Source: Macrostomum lignano
Lineage: Eukaryota
Direction of reading: 5' to 3'
NCBI GenBank assembly: GCA_002269645.1
Contig: NIVC01000924.1
Coordinates: 96,970 to 160,969 of the forward strand
Length of the DNA: 64,000 nt
Part shown: one piece after another, positions 1 through 11,889 of the stretch
How positions within the stretch are numbered: position 1 is the stretch's first letter
Layout of the letters: every line of letters starts with the position of its first letter
The notes under the pieces: generated by a model
Database searches by the model: none
Told to the model about the DNA's origin: nothing
The model's input: the letters and a program-made list of their open reading frames with translations, nothing else
Made by a program: the position numbers and the translations under genes

Positions 1-120
1 CTTAGTGTCTGTCTGTCTGTCTTAGTGTCTGTCTGTCTGTCTTAGTGTCTGTCTGTCTGTCTTAGTGTCTGTCTTAGTGTCTGTCTGGCTGTCTGTCTGT
101 CTGTCTGTCAGCCGGTCTGT
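1..120. repeat. (TCTG)n microsatellite with CTTAGTG interruptions, in an RGS intron
   Basis: Direct reading of the sequence. Confidence 0.95.
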
Positions 121-138
121 CACCTGAGACTAACTCAC

Positions 139-387
139 CGCCTAGCCAGTGCCTGCCGCAGTTTGTCAGCCTTCGCGGCTGGCTCACACGGCTCCACGGG
201 ACTGAGCCGGCCGCTCGGTATGGGGAAGGTGGCGGGCCTGGTGGCCACCTTCTTTGGCCGTTTAGCCCGGCACAGCTTGCGCATGTCGACCTCCGTGGCC
301 ACGACTGCGCCAGGCGGCGGCCTGTAGAGCAGCCAGAAGCCGCGCTCCTGACTCTCCAGCACCATGCGCTCGAGCCGTTCCAGCTTC
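139..387 (-). CDS. RGS7: RGS7-like coding exon 3; the gene continues beyond the window start
   Basis: RKLERLERMVLESQERGFWLLYRPPPG resembles RGS7 [23 protein letters not shown]. Phase matches exon 2; donor CG|GTGAGT at 138. Confidence 0.9.
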
Positions 388-429
388 CTGCACAGGTTGA
401 GAGTGGCGGATAGAATGATTAATTAGCGT

Positions 430-1560
430 GTCTGTGGTGGTGTCTTTTGCAGTATCCGTTGTAGTGTCTGTGGTTGTGTCTGTGGTAGTGTCTAGTAGTG
501 TCTGTGGTAGTGTCTGGTAGTGTCTGGTAGTGTCTGGTAGTGTCTGTTGTAGTGTCTGTTGTAGTGCCTGTGGTAGTGTCTGCTGTAGTGTCTGTGGTAG
601 TGTATGTTGTAGTGCCTGTGGTAGTGTCTGGTAGTGTCTGTGGTAGTGTCTGGTAGTGTCTGTGGTAGTGTCTGGTAGTGTCTGTTGTAGTGTCTGTTGT
701 AGTGCTTGTGGTAGAGTCTGTGGTAGTGTCTGGTAGTGTCTGTTGTAGTGTCTGTGGTAGTGTCTGTTGTAGTGCTTGTGGTAGTGTCTGGTAGTGTCTG
801 TGGTAGTGTCTGTGGTAGTGTCTGTGGTAGTGTCTGGTAGTGCCTGTGGTAGTGCCTGTGGTAGTGTCTGTGGTAGTGTCTGTGGTAGTGTCTGTTGTAG
901 TGTCTGTTGTAGTGCCTGTGCTAGTGCCTGTAGTAGTGTCTGTGGTAGTGTCTGTGGTAGTGTCTGTGGTAGTGTCTGTGGTAGTGTCTGTTGTAGTGTC
1001 TGTTGTAGTGCCTGTGGTAGTGTCTGTTGTAGTGCCTGTGGTAGTGTCTGTGGTAGTGTCTGTGGTAGTGTCTGGTAGTGCCTGTGGTAGTGCCTGTGGT
1101 AGTGTCTGTGGTAGTGTCTGTTGTAGTGCCTGTGCTAGTGTCTGTTGCAGTGCCTGTTGTAGTGTCTTTGGTAGTGTCTGTTGTAGTGCCTGTGGTAGTG
1201 TCTGTTGTAGTGTCTGTGGTAGTGTCTGGTAGTGCCTGTGGTAGTGCCTGTGGTAGTGTCTGTGGTAGTGTCTGTTGTAGTGCCTGTGCTAGTGTCTGTT
1301 GCAGTGCCTGTTGTAGTGTCTTTGGTAGTGTCTGTTGTAGTGCCTGTGGTAGTGTCTGTTGTAGTGTCTGTGGTAGTGTCTGGTAGTGTCTGTTGTAGTG
1401 TCTGTTCTAGTGTCTGGTAGTGTCTGTTGTAGTGCTTGTGGTAGTGCCTGTGGTAGTATCTGTGGTAGTGTCTGGTAGTGTCTGTGGTAGTGTCTGGTAG
1501 TGCCTGTGGTTGTGTCTGTTGCAGTGTCTGTTGTAGTGCCTCTTGGTGTCTGTTGTGTGT
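430..1560. repeat. Minisatellite, ~12-bp unit GTAGTGTCTGTG with 9-bp variants
   Basis: Tandem copies in RGS intron 2; source of the spurious VVSV/CGSV ORFs. Confidence 0.95.
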
Positions 1561-2114
1561 CCTAGTGTGTTTCAGTGTCAAACTTGTTGTCTGTGAATGT
1601 CGCTATGTATTAACAATATAATCCACGTGGTATATTTGCAATTGAACACCGAAACACACACATACGCAATTTGCACTTTAGTCGCCCTAACTAAAGAGAA
1701 ATAAAGGAAGTTACTCTAAAAAATTCAAACTAATATCTCTGCCACATTTGCTTGACAGACGAAAATCCTCTACTAAAAAATTTACAGACCGCTCGTAAGC
1801 AGAACAGAGGGCACTAAAAGCACAGCTGCTACCCGTAAATGCACAGAACAATTTTATGTATTTAGGAATTAGAAAATTATTTTCAAAGCTGTCCGCTGCG
1901 TGACTAACGGGCCGGTCCATTGTTCCGGACTGCTGGCCCATGATAAGCGCAGAGGCGCCGCTGTCTCTCTTGCAACCCAAACTGCCAACTCCGATGCGAC
2001 ACTGTGAGAACTGCTGTCAATATCAGAGCTCAACTGGGTGCGAATATGCCTCTGATGTCTGCATATTGAGCAGCTGGAGGCGCAACTACTGATAATGTAA
2101 GCTGAGTGGCTGCT

Positions 2115-3180
2115 GCACCTGGGTCTGGGAGGGCGGTGGCTGAGCCTGGGATTTGGGAGGGCGGTGGCTGAGCCTGGGGTCTGGGAGGGCGGTGGCTGAG
2201 CCTGGGATTAGGGAGGGCGGTGGCTGAGCCTGGGGTCTGGGAGGGCGGTGGCTGAGCCTGGGATTTGGGAGGGCGGTGGCTGAGCCTGGGGTCTGGGAGG
2301 GCGGTGGCTGAGCCTGGGGTCTGGGAGGGCGGTGGCTGAGCCTGGGGTCTGTGAGGGCGGTGGCTGAGCCTGGGAGGGTAGTGGCTGAGCCTTGAGTCTG
2401 GGAGGGCGGTGGCTGAGCCTTGGGTCTGGGAGGGCGGTGGCTGAGCCTTGGGTCTGGGAGGGCGGTGGCTGAGCCTTGAGTCTGGGAGGGTGGTGGTTGA
2501 GCCTGGGGTCTGGGAGGGCGGTGGCTGAGCCTTGGGTCTGGGAGGGCAGTGGCTGAGCCTGGGAGGGTAGTGGCTGAGCCTTGAGTCTGGGAGGGCGGTG
2601 GCTGAGCCTGGGAGGGTAGTGGCTGAGCCTTGAGTCTGGGAGGGCGGTGGCTGAGCCTGGGAGGGTAGTGGCTGAGCCTTGAGTCTGGGAGGGCGGTGGC
2701 TGAGCCTTGGGTCTGGGAGGGTGGTGGCTGAGCCTTGAGTCTGGGAGGGCAGTGGCTGAGCCTGGGAGGGTAGTGGCTGAGCCTTGAGTCTGGGAGGGTG
2801 GTGGTTGAGCCTGGGGTCTGGGAGGGCGGTGGCTGAGCCTTGGGTCTGGGAGGGCGGTGGCTGAGCCTGGGGTCTGGGAGGGCGGTGGCTGAGCCTGGGG
2901 TCTGGGAGGGTGGTGGCTGAGCCTTGGGTCTGGGAGGGTGGTGGCTGAGCCTTGGGTCTGAGAGGGCGGTGGCTGAGCCTGGGAGGGTAGTGGCTGAGCC
3001 TTGAGTCTGGGAGGGCGGTGGCTGAGCCTGGGGTCTGGGAGGGCGGTGGCTGAGCCTGGGGTCTGGGAGGGCGGTGGCTGAGCCTGGGAGGGTAGTGGCT
3101 GAGCCTTGGGTCTGGGAGGGCGGTGGCTGAGCCTGGGGTCTGGGAGGGCGGTGGCTAAGCCTGGAGTCTGGGACGGTGGC
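2115..3180. repeat. G-rich minisatellite, 28-bp unit GCTGAGCCTGGGGTCTGGGAGGGCGGTG with 21-bp variants
   Basis: Period 28 (TGAGCC at 2281 and 2309); located in RGS intron 2. Confidence 0.95.
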
Positions 3181-3290
3181 GGTGGCCCAATAATTTGGCC
3201 TCATTTACGTGGAACTAAGATGATAGAGCTTGGTAATTCTACAATCCAAAAGATCCATTGTAACAAAAATAAAGCCGAAATCAGCTTTAC

Positions 3291-3601
3291 CTATCAACCT
3301 TAGCCTCGGCCTCCGCCTGCAGGTAGATAAACTCCCATTTGTGAGACAGTAGGCGCTGCAGCCTGGCCAAATTCTCAGCCTCATAATTGGCCAATTCCAA
3401 TCGCTGCTTATTGAGCAGTGTTCGCTTGCACAGGTAGACAGCATAGTCAGTGTTGTCCAGCCGATCTGGTGATTTACTGGGCCACAGGCAGGGCGTTTGA
3501 AATCGATAATAGGAAGAATCGTTGCGTACAACCAGAGCCGTGCCTTCGACTGGGATGATGTAACCGTGAGCTGCCAGCATGCTGGCCACGTGACAGGCCT
3601 C
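3291..3601 (-). CDS. RGS7: RGS7-like coding exon 2 (DEP/DHEX)
   Basis: EACHVASMLAAHGYIIP...YYRFQTPCLWP...NTDYAVYLCKRTL.NKQRLELANYEAENLARLQR...KWEFIYLQAEAEAKVD is the RGS7 signature. Acceptor CCGCAG; phase-2 donor AG|GTAAAG. Confidence 0.93.
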
Positions 3602-3789
3602 CTGCGGTAATGGTCGGATCGGATAGTCATTAGTTAGCTAGTAGCTCGCATGTGTTTAGCAAATTGAATAAAAATTGACTGCTGCTACTGGTAGTAGCAC
3701 TACCTACCTAGCCCAAGGCACTACCAACACTAATATTACTAAAACTACAACAAATATTACTACTAATAGTCCAAGTAATACTGCTAATA

Positions 3790-3824
3790 GTACACTACTA
3801 GCACTACTACTACTGCTACTACTG

Positions 3825-3862
<38 letters not shown>

Positions 3863-4990
3863 GTCTCCAAGTGAGAGGGAGTGAGAGGGAGTGAGAGGAA
3901 GCGAGAGTGAGAGAGTGAGAGGAAGCGAGAGTGAGAGAGTGAGAGGAAGCGAGAGTGAGAGGGACTGAGAGGAATCGAGAGGGAGTGACGGAGAGAGTGA
4001 GGGAGTGACGGAGAGTGAGAGAGAGTGACGGAGAGTGAGAGGGAGTGACGGAGAGTGAGAGGGAGTGACGGAGAGTGAGAGGGAGTGACGGAGAGTGAGA
4101 GGGAGTGACGGAGAGTGAGAGGGAGTGACGGAGAGTGAGAGGGAGTGAGAGGAAGCGAGAGGGAGTGAGATGGAGTGAGAGGAAGCGAGAGTGAGAGGGA
4201 GTGAGAGGGAGTGAGATGGAGTGAGAGGAAGCGAGAGTGAGAGGGAGTGAGAGGAAGCGAGAGGGAGTGAGAGGAAGCGAGAGGGAGTGAGATGGAGTGA
4301 GAGGAAGCGAGAGGGAGTGAGAGGGAGTGAGAGGAAGCGAGAGTGAGAGGGAGTGAGAGGAAGCGAGAGGGAGTGAGATGGAGTGAGAGGAAGCGAGAGT
4401 GAGAGGGAGTGAGAGGAAGCGAGAGGGAGTGAGATGGAGTGAGAGGAAGCGAGAGGGAGTGAGAGGGAGTGAGAGGAAGCGAGAGTGAGAGGGAGTGAGA
4501 GGAAGCGAGAGTGAGAGGGAGTGAGAGGAAGCGAGAGTGAGAGGGAGTGAGAGGAAGCGAGAGGGAGTGAGATGGAGTGAGAGGAAGCGAGAGGGAGTGA
4601 GAGGAAGCGAGAGTGAGAGAGAGTGAGAGGAAGCGAGAGGGAGTGAAAGTGAGAGGAAGCGAGAGGGAGTGAGAGGGAGTGAGAGGAAGCGAGAGGGAGT
4701 GAGAGGGAGTGAGAGGAAGCGAGAGTGAGAGAGAGTGAGAGGAAGCGAGAGTGAGAGAGAGTGAGAGGAAGCGAGAGGGAGTGACGGAGAGTGAGAGGGA
4801 GTGAGAGGAAGCGATCGAGGGAGTGAGAGGAAGCGAGAGGGAGTGAGAGGAAGCGAGAGTGAGAGAGAGTGAGAGGAAGCGAGAGTGAGAGAGAGTGAGA
4901 GGAAGCGAGAGGGAGTGACGGAGAGTGAGAGGGAGTGAGAGGAAGCGATCGAGGGAGTGAGAGGAAGCGAGAGGGAGTGACGGAGAGCGT
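3790..4990. repeat. (CTA)n tract followed by a ~1.1-kb purine-rich GAGTGAGAGG/GAAGCGA repeat
   Basis: Direct reading; RGS intron 1. Confidence 0.95.
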
Positions 4991-5017
4991 AGAGGGAAAG
5001 ACTCGATATGCCCTAAC

Positions 5018-5347
5018 CTGAGCATCCTCTGCATCGGTGTTACGCAGAAGCCAGCCGCACAGCTCCGACCCAGTGAAACAAGACGGCTGACAGGACATAA
5101 AGGATTTAACAGTGCGCACAGAGATGCCTGCGTCTTCCTGTTGTAGCCGTTCTAATAGTCGCTCTAGTCGGGACCATTGGTAAGCGTTGGGATGCGGCGG
5201 GCGGCCAGCCTCAGTGGTGACTGGTGCTGTTTTTGCTTTAGCGTGTCTGGCGTGGTGTCGCATTACTGAGGTGGATGTTGCACTGCTGCTGCTGCTGCTG
5301 CCAGCACTGCCGGAGCTGCAGGCAGCCTGAGTCTGTTGCTGCTGCAT
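5018..5347 (-). CDS. RGS7: R7-family regulator of G-protein signalling (RGS6/7, EGL-10/EAT-16-like), coding exon 1 (start of DEP domain)
   Basis: WSRLERLLERLQQEDAGISVRTVKSFMSCQPSCFTGSELCGWLL matches the RGS7 DEP start ([40 protein letters not shown]). ATG at 5347; phase-0 donor CAG|GTTAGG at 5017. Confidence 0.88.
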
Positions 5348-5629
5348 ATAGCAACAAGCAGTTGCCTTACGCTTTCAGGTCACTATCTATACTATTATTA
5401 TTGTTCTCAAACTGATATATTCTTGGTGCAGGAACTCACTAGTGGTGACCAAGTGTAGAAATTATCAATTTTTATAGCTGAAACTAAGATTATTGATGAC
5501 AAATATAGGCAAATATTTATTTCAGCTTAGAATGAAATATAGCAAAAAAACATAATCTTTCATCAAACATATGAAACCTTAAAACTTAGTTTTAACATTT
5601 TTTAATTGAAATTGGTCAAATAATAGAGG

Positions 5630-5997
5630 TCCTGTTGGAAAAGTTATGCACCTGCATTGGCATAAAAGGTGAGCAAGGTGCACAAAAGAGACAATTTAGT
5701 GGCCTATTTTGGGTGTGTTTTGGAAATGCACCTGAGCGCACCTTTTATGCATAAATGTCACTAATATTTTGAAAAGAGGCATGAAAAGTGCACAATCAGT
5801 GAAGTGGTCAGACATTGGGGGAATTGTCAAGTTTGATTGGTTGCGGAAATATGGGCATTAGAGGTGCATAAGGTGTATATGTATGGTGTAAATCTATGCA
5901 TTTCCAAAATATGCACAAAATAGGCCATTAAAATGCCTCTTTTGTGCACCTTGCTCACCTTTTATGCCTACGCAGTTGAATAACTTTTCTAATGGGA
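5630..5997. mobile_element. MITE-like element with ~80-bp terminal inverted repeats
   Basis: 5630-5711 (…GAAAAGTTATGCACCTGCATTGGCATAAAAGGTGAGCAAGGTGCACAAAAGAG…) is the near reverse complement of 5916-5997. Confidence 0.75.
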
Positions 5998-7556
5998 ATT
6001 AATAATAAAAAATTAACTAACAGCTACATACTTATATATTGCAACCACAGATTGAACATAGAAAAAGCTTTATTTACATCCATACTAATTGCTGCTATCC
6101 CTTTCCTGATTCTGGCAAACCATGAAAGTAAACATTCCCTATACTGATAAGTTCCAATGACTTTCAACAACTGAGGAAAAGTTCCAAAAAGTGGTGAAAA
6201 GTTTTGTATTAGTGAGGAAAAGTAGAGAAGAACTTTCGCAAGTTAGAATGCCCCTTGCAGTGCCCACTGTGCACCTTTTGTTCAACTTTTGTGCCTCTAA
6301 TGCACACTGTACATCTTTTATGCACTTTCACTGTGGCACAACTTTTGTTCACCTTTCACTCTACCAATACCCCAATTCCTACTTTATTCACCTTTTGTGC
6401 TTCTAATGCACACTGTGCACTTTCAATACACCTAATTCCTCTATGACATCTATGCCCCTATCAACTATTTTGTGCCTTAAATTCACCTTTTGACCCTACA
6501 GAAGCACTCAGGTAAACACACACTGCACAAATAGAACAAAATAGGCATAAGAAAGGCAAAAGTAGGGTAGAATTTACTACCCTACTACCCTATTTACTTT
6601 TGTGTACAAGGTACAAAACTCTTTACCTTTTATGCCTACCTTAAAAAAATCAAAATCCAATGGGGGTCACTAAACTTTTTGTACATGTATTTGTTAGCAC
6701 TTTTGTAGGCCAGTGCATTTTGCCTATTTTATACTTTGAAAATAGTTTTTATAACAAATATTTAAAGAGAAATTCAATTCTAGGGGGCTTAAAGCACAAT
6801 GGAACTCAAAATAATATTTTTGCTACTTTTCTAGTGGCTAACTTTGTTTCAAATTTATTTTTTCTATTTGGAGTAAAGTAATGACAATATAGTTATAATA
6901 CTAAATGGAAAAAATTGTTTTTTTGGCTAAGAAAAACAAAGAAAACCTATTGAAAAAAGTAAAGAGAATAGAAGTTTATTTTAAATTTGAAATATATATA
7001 AAATGAAAAATGAAAAATAGCCTAACCAAATATATTGGCTAATTAGCATAGCATTTTAAATGACTTTTGGCAATCCTTCTATATACCCTTGCTCTAAAAA
7101 TTCCAAATGCAATTTTTTCAACTAAAAATGATTTTTTAAAGTAAATTTAAGGTATAATCCCTTATTTTAAAATACAATTAGTTAATTGTATAATACAATA
7201 ATTTATAATTTTAATTAATTTATTATTACTTATTTAATTTTTCTAAAAATATATGCAAACATTATGTTTCAAAAATATACAAAAAAGCTTTAAAAAATTT
7301 ATAACCACAGGCATAAAATTAAATAGCATTAAATTATATGAGGTAGGCCTTGTGCTTTAGAAATGTTTTTTAGAAAGTATTGTATTTGAAAGTATGCTAA
7401 TTTGTTTAAATGCATATAATATTAAAAATATTCATACATGTGCAAACCTCCAAAATTTGGTTGGCCATGTGACAGATCTAACAAAAATGTGACATAGTTT
7501 TTGGCCAAAAATGTGACTTACATGTAAAAAACTTGAAGCAAAATTAATGCAACTTT

Positions 7557-7619
7557 GGGTAAACGGCGGGAGTAACTATGACTGTCCTATTAAATCAAAA
7601 TGCCTCATCAGCTACTTAG
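7557..7619 (+). pseudogene. Degenerate 28S (LSU) rRNA fragment covering the R2/I-PpoI target region; not a functional rRNA gene
   Basis: GGGTAAACGGCGGGAGTAACTATGACT is a 27-nt exact match to the conserved LSU sequence. The next 36 nt align without gaps to CTCTTAAGGTAGCCAAATGCCTCGTCATCTAATTAG. Confidence 0.9.
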
Positions 7620-8059
7620 AAATACTACTTGGGGTTTTGGGTGGGCATTTTTGCAACTTACCTAGTTGGCCACCAAATCAATCAGCCGGATTGGCCGACT
7701 TGGCCGACTGTTGCGCATGTATGTAAATATAAAAAATACTATAAAATTTTTTTGTTTAAAATCATACTGAAAAGGTCTATAAATACACAAGCAGCTAGCA
7801 AGAGAGGAATCAACTTGCTTTGTGCTTAAGACTTGTTCCATTCAAAACCTTGGGCAATACTACTTACTGACTTAGTTATTTAGAAGCATCAAAGCCCCAA
7901 GATTGGGAGAATTAGATCTGTTCTAAGAGAACTATATATCTAGATTCAGAATCTAAGAAGTTGCCTTAGAAGGCAGAAATTCTACCACAGAATAGAGTAA
8001 TCTAGATTAATGAGTCTAAAAAACTTGCCTCAGGGCAAAATACCTAGCAAGTAAGCTGT

Positions 8060-11000
8060 CCCTATGAAAAATTGGCCCGAATTTTCGCCCGAAAACATAT
8101 GAAATTGGGCCCGGAACTTTAAATTTGCGGGTGAAAACTAAAAAGCAGTCGATTCACCCGGAAAGCACGCCAACAAAACAGTTGAAACTAAATCGGGCGA
8201 AAAAGTGGGGCTTTTGCCCAGAAAGTGGGGAAAGCAGAAACCCAGACGTGCGGGTCTCTAGCCCGTTTTTTTCTAAAAGCGTGTCCTGAGGGACTTTGAC
8301 GTGACGATGCAGATTAAAAATGGGTTTAAATCAATATAGATAAACGAGTAGGAAGCTAGGTGCCCAGGTTTCAAGATTCAACCGTACATGTATGTTTATT
8401 ATTTTAAAAAGTACTATTATAGGAGTTTATATATCGATCACAAATGGTGGGAAATAATGTGTCGAAATCATTTACAATTGCTTACTATAAATACCTGTTT
8501 CTGAATAAGCTATTCACAGGCTAAAATCTATTTTTATTAAGTATTTGCTGTGCTTTTCACTCTTTCATTGCGCTGACCAATGTGAAAAAAGCTAGGAAAC
8601 TATTTTGTTTGTTTTTTGTTACTTGAAAATTATTTAAATTTCAGACGCCACATTTTCAGAACTTCGATATTTTATGTGCTAGCTAGTGAAGCGTGTTTTG
8701 TTTCTTTTGTATTAATTTATCATAATCTAACAGACAAAGTTTATTAAACTTCAAAAATAGTCAATGGGAAGTATTTCACTAAATGAGTCAATAGCAAGGA
8801 CTGACCCCCTGCCCCTGCCCTGGTTCAGGAATTGGCAGTCACATAGTAAATTATAATTTAATTAAGTCCAGTAATTAGCCTATTTATTTCTTTCTTAAAG
8901 TTAGTAAAAATTGAAAATAATTTAGAAAACTTATCCTGATTAATATTTCACCTATAATAAAGATAGTATTGTATATGAGCACAGAGAGCTTGCTGAATGG
9001 TAAAAAGTTTTAGAACATAAGTAACAAATCAATTTAAAAAATCATTTATAAAGTCCAAATATAGCTCGTAAAACTCTGAGTAGCATTAATATAATTTTTG
9101 CTTTTTCAAGTTTGTATAGTCTATATAGTACTTTTTAGAAAGCTATGTATTCACATTATTTTTTAATGTGTATGCTTTTGTATTTTATTTAATATAATTT
9201 TGATAACTTATTATATTCTAAGGGAACCTAAAGCCTAGAACTGAGCATTTTTCAAGGAAGCTAATAACTTGAAAAAGTTTTGCAATTTAACATATTCCCA
9301 GAGATAAAGGCCCTTTAAATCTTATAAATAAGCCTTCTTTTTTCTCTTATATGAATGTTTTAGATCTAATAATCTGAATATGTTTTGTAGAATAAACATT
9401 TACCATCGGATTTAACATTCCAAGCACTGTACTTATACCATTATAATTAAAGAAAAATTATTAATAATCAATTTAGTTGCCTTTTAATTTAGGTTTAGAT
9501 TTTATTGATCAATAAACAGAATTTTAGCATCATCATACCATGCTCCTAAGTCATTTATGCTATGTATACATGCCCTTCAGCCAAGTTTTCCTCTGGCCAT
9601 TAATGTCTGATGACATTGGACTGCTAAGCGTCGTCGCCGGGACTATGCTGTGCGCTACAGGACTGGTGTTGGGCGACATACTCCAGCCCAAACAGTCTAT
9701 TTTAAAGTCATGTAAAATCACAAGATCTGAGCTGCAGCGTGCCTACTCCCGATGCCGAGAGGGCCAACTACCGAGAAAGACCAGCGTCGCTAGAAAGGCG
9801 ACGAAGACCAAACCAGGTGATGTTTTCATTTTTTTGTATTGTAGTGTTGTTTAAAACATTATTGACACTTTTCTGCAACTGCGCCCCCTTCTACTCCAGG
9901 TGCGCTGCTTCGAGTAGCTGGCCAGCAAGCCAGCCTAACTGGTGCTGCAGCATCTCAGCTGCCAGAATCTGCTGTTACGCCACCCAGTACCAGGCTCATG
10001 ACCAGTGACACCGCTGACATGTTCAATCAAGCGCAGTATCGCATCCTGTCGCTCGCTGAGTTATAAATCTATACTTAAACTTTGAACTTATGAATTTCTA
10101 TCGCATTTGCTTTTGTTCTAGCTACACTGATTTGTTTTTTTCATTGCTTCGTAATGTGGCTGCGACGAAGGGATCTCGAAGTCACCTTAATTTACACCAG
10201 ACCCCATTACTGATCTTGGTTCTTCCTATCCTTCCGAATGTTGCTATTTCCCCCTCACATCGTTTCTCTCCTTTCTCCGTGGTCGCGCTAATACTTTCCC
10301 TATCTTAGCTATTTCACATATGCATTCTGTGTGCACCCCTCTCCTTGCACTCTGTGCCTTAGATCTACCTCTTTTCAGTCGCAAACGTACTGGTATATTT
10401 GGTTATTTCTTAGCTGCAAATGCCCTATAAATTCAGTTAGTTATTTCTCCTTTTTATGGTTTTCTGCAGCATTTCTCTACGTCTAGCCCCTTCATGTTAT
10501 CTTCTTTACAACTTTGTTTGTTTCTGTTTCGATTCTTTTCTTAACCCTCCTTTGCTTTTATTACTTTTATGCTATAATGCTTTTGCTTACTGAACATATT
10601 GAATGCATTCATTAAATATTTAAATAAACTATCACACACACTTTTTCTTATTATGTGACCAAGTATTTATACATTTCTATCTAAATTTCTTATTGAATCC
10701 CTCCAGAATTGCCTTATTTTTCTTCTCGATACATGTAGCTCTCTTGGAGGGGGTCATTTAGCTCGTACATGCAAAATCTTCCTATTCAACTAGATACAAG
10801 TTTTATTGCAGTATGAAAAGTAGCAGTCATCGTAAAGTTTATGCCTATGCCCTCTAAAAACGTACTATAATATCGTGCACTATCACTAAGACCAAAAGCA
10901 GGAAATATGACCAGCTCTTCGGGCCGGATTTGCAAGCAAAATATCGGTTAACTGGCCCGGATTTTTCGGCGCAAAATAATTCTGGGTGAATTGCCTGTAA

Positions 11001-11161
11001 ATATTCGGGTAAAAATGCGGGTGCATGCACGGGTGCATCACCCGAAAAACGAACTTTTCGTAACGATTCCGGGCCAGTAGCCCGGCAATTTTTACACCCG
11101 CAAAGTGCTGACGATTTTGGGTAAAGAGTAGGGTGAAAATTTGGGCCAATTTTTCATAGGG
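8060..11161. mobile_element. Non-autonomous TIR DNA transposon, CCC…GGG termini, 2-bp TSD (GT), CMC/EnSpm-like
   Basis: TIR CCCTATGAAAAATTGGCCC(G/A)AATTTTC at both ends, with GCCCG/CGGGC subterminal repeats. A paralogous empty site (AAGCTATGACCCTCTGATCC at ~12424-12443) matches the joined flanks AAGCTGT+GACCCTCTAATCC. Confidence 0.85.
9603..10066 (+). CDS. Putative two-exon orphan gene (9603-9816, 9900-10066; 126 aa) inside the TIR element
   Basis: GC-rich island in AT-rich element. An 83-bp GT-AG intron (CCAG|GTGATG…CTCCAG|GT) joins two open frames in phase, ending TAA at 10066. No homology recognised. Confidence 0.5.
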
Positions 11162-11291
11162 GTGACCCTCTAATCCAGGGAATGCCTAGGACTGAGAATA
11201 AAACTCCTTAAATGAGTATAAGGATAGACTACACAGTGCCATAAGACCACTCAGGCTAGAAGTATAGTACATATATATATATATACACTAC

Positions 11292-11889
11292 TAGTACCAG
11301 GGTCAGGATTGTGTACCGCTGTACGCTGGAACAAAAATTGCTTCCGTAGCTCATGCATGCCAATGTATGCCAAGGAACTTTTTATTGCATACAAAAATAT
11401 GCCAAAATAAAAATTACAAATTACAACTAATATTAAAAGCTTGCAAAATTTTAATATTCAAACAACCTATGCTTTAAAACTGAAAATCTTTTTACTAAAC
11501 TATAGAAAACAGTTAATTTTAATATTTTTGTTTTATTGTCACTTTCTTGAAAAAGTTAAACCCAGTTTTTTTATTTAGTTTTACATTTCTTTTTGTTAAG
11601 GGCCGGCTATTCTTTCTGATCAAAATTTTGCTACTCTAACTATATACATAGAAACTATGCCAAATGCAAACTTAATCATTTTTGTATGCTAATTATATAG
11701 ATTGATTGTTGGGACTTGGAACTTTTGGTCCCACCTGCTGGTCTCGGCAATCTCTATATGCCAAGCTGTACGCCAAGAGGGCATGCCAGGCGCCTTTGTA
11801 TGCCAAGTTGTATGCCAATGTGTAATCTAGGTCCCTCTGTATGCCAGAAAATTCCAGCATACATGTATATCATCTGAAGTCTGGTACTA
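11292..11889. mobile_element. MITE-like element
   Basis: TAGTACCAG…CTGGTACTA termini with imperfect inner inverted repeats and GTATGCCA/GTACGCC subterminal motifs. Confidence 0.45.

Noticed and set aside
794-5347. Long ORFs in the track (372, 416, 547 aa and others)
   Set aside because: Apart from the RGS exons, they are read-through of intronic micro/minisatellites that lack stop codons.
7557-7619. Functional 28S rRNA gene
   Set aside because: Only ~60 nt, diverged at invariant positions, with no flanking rDNA.
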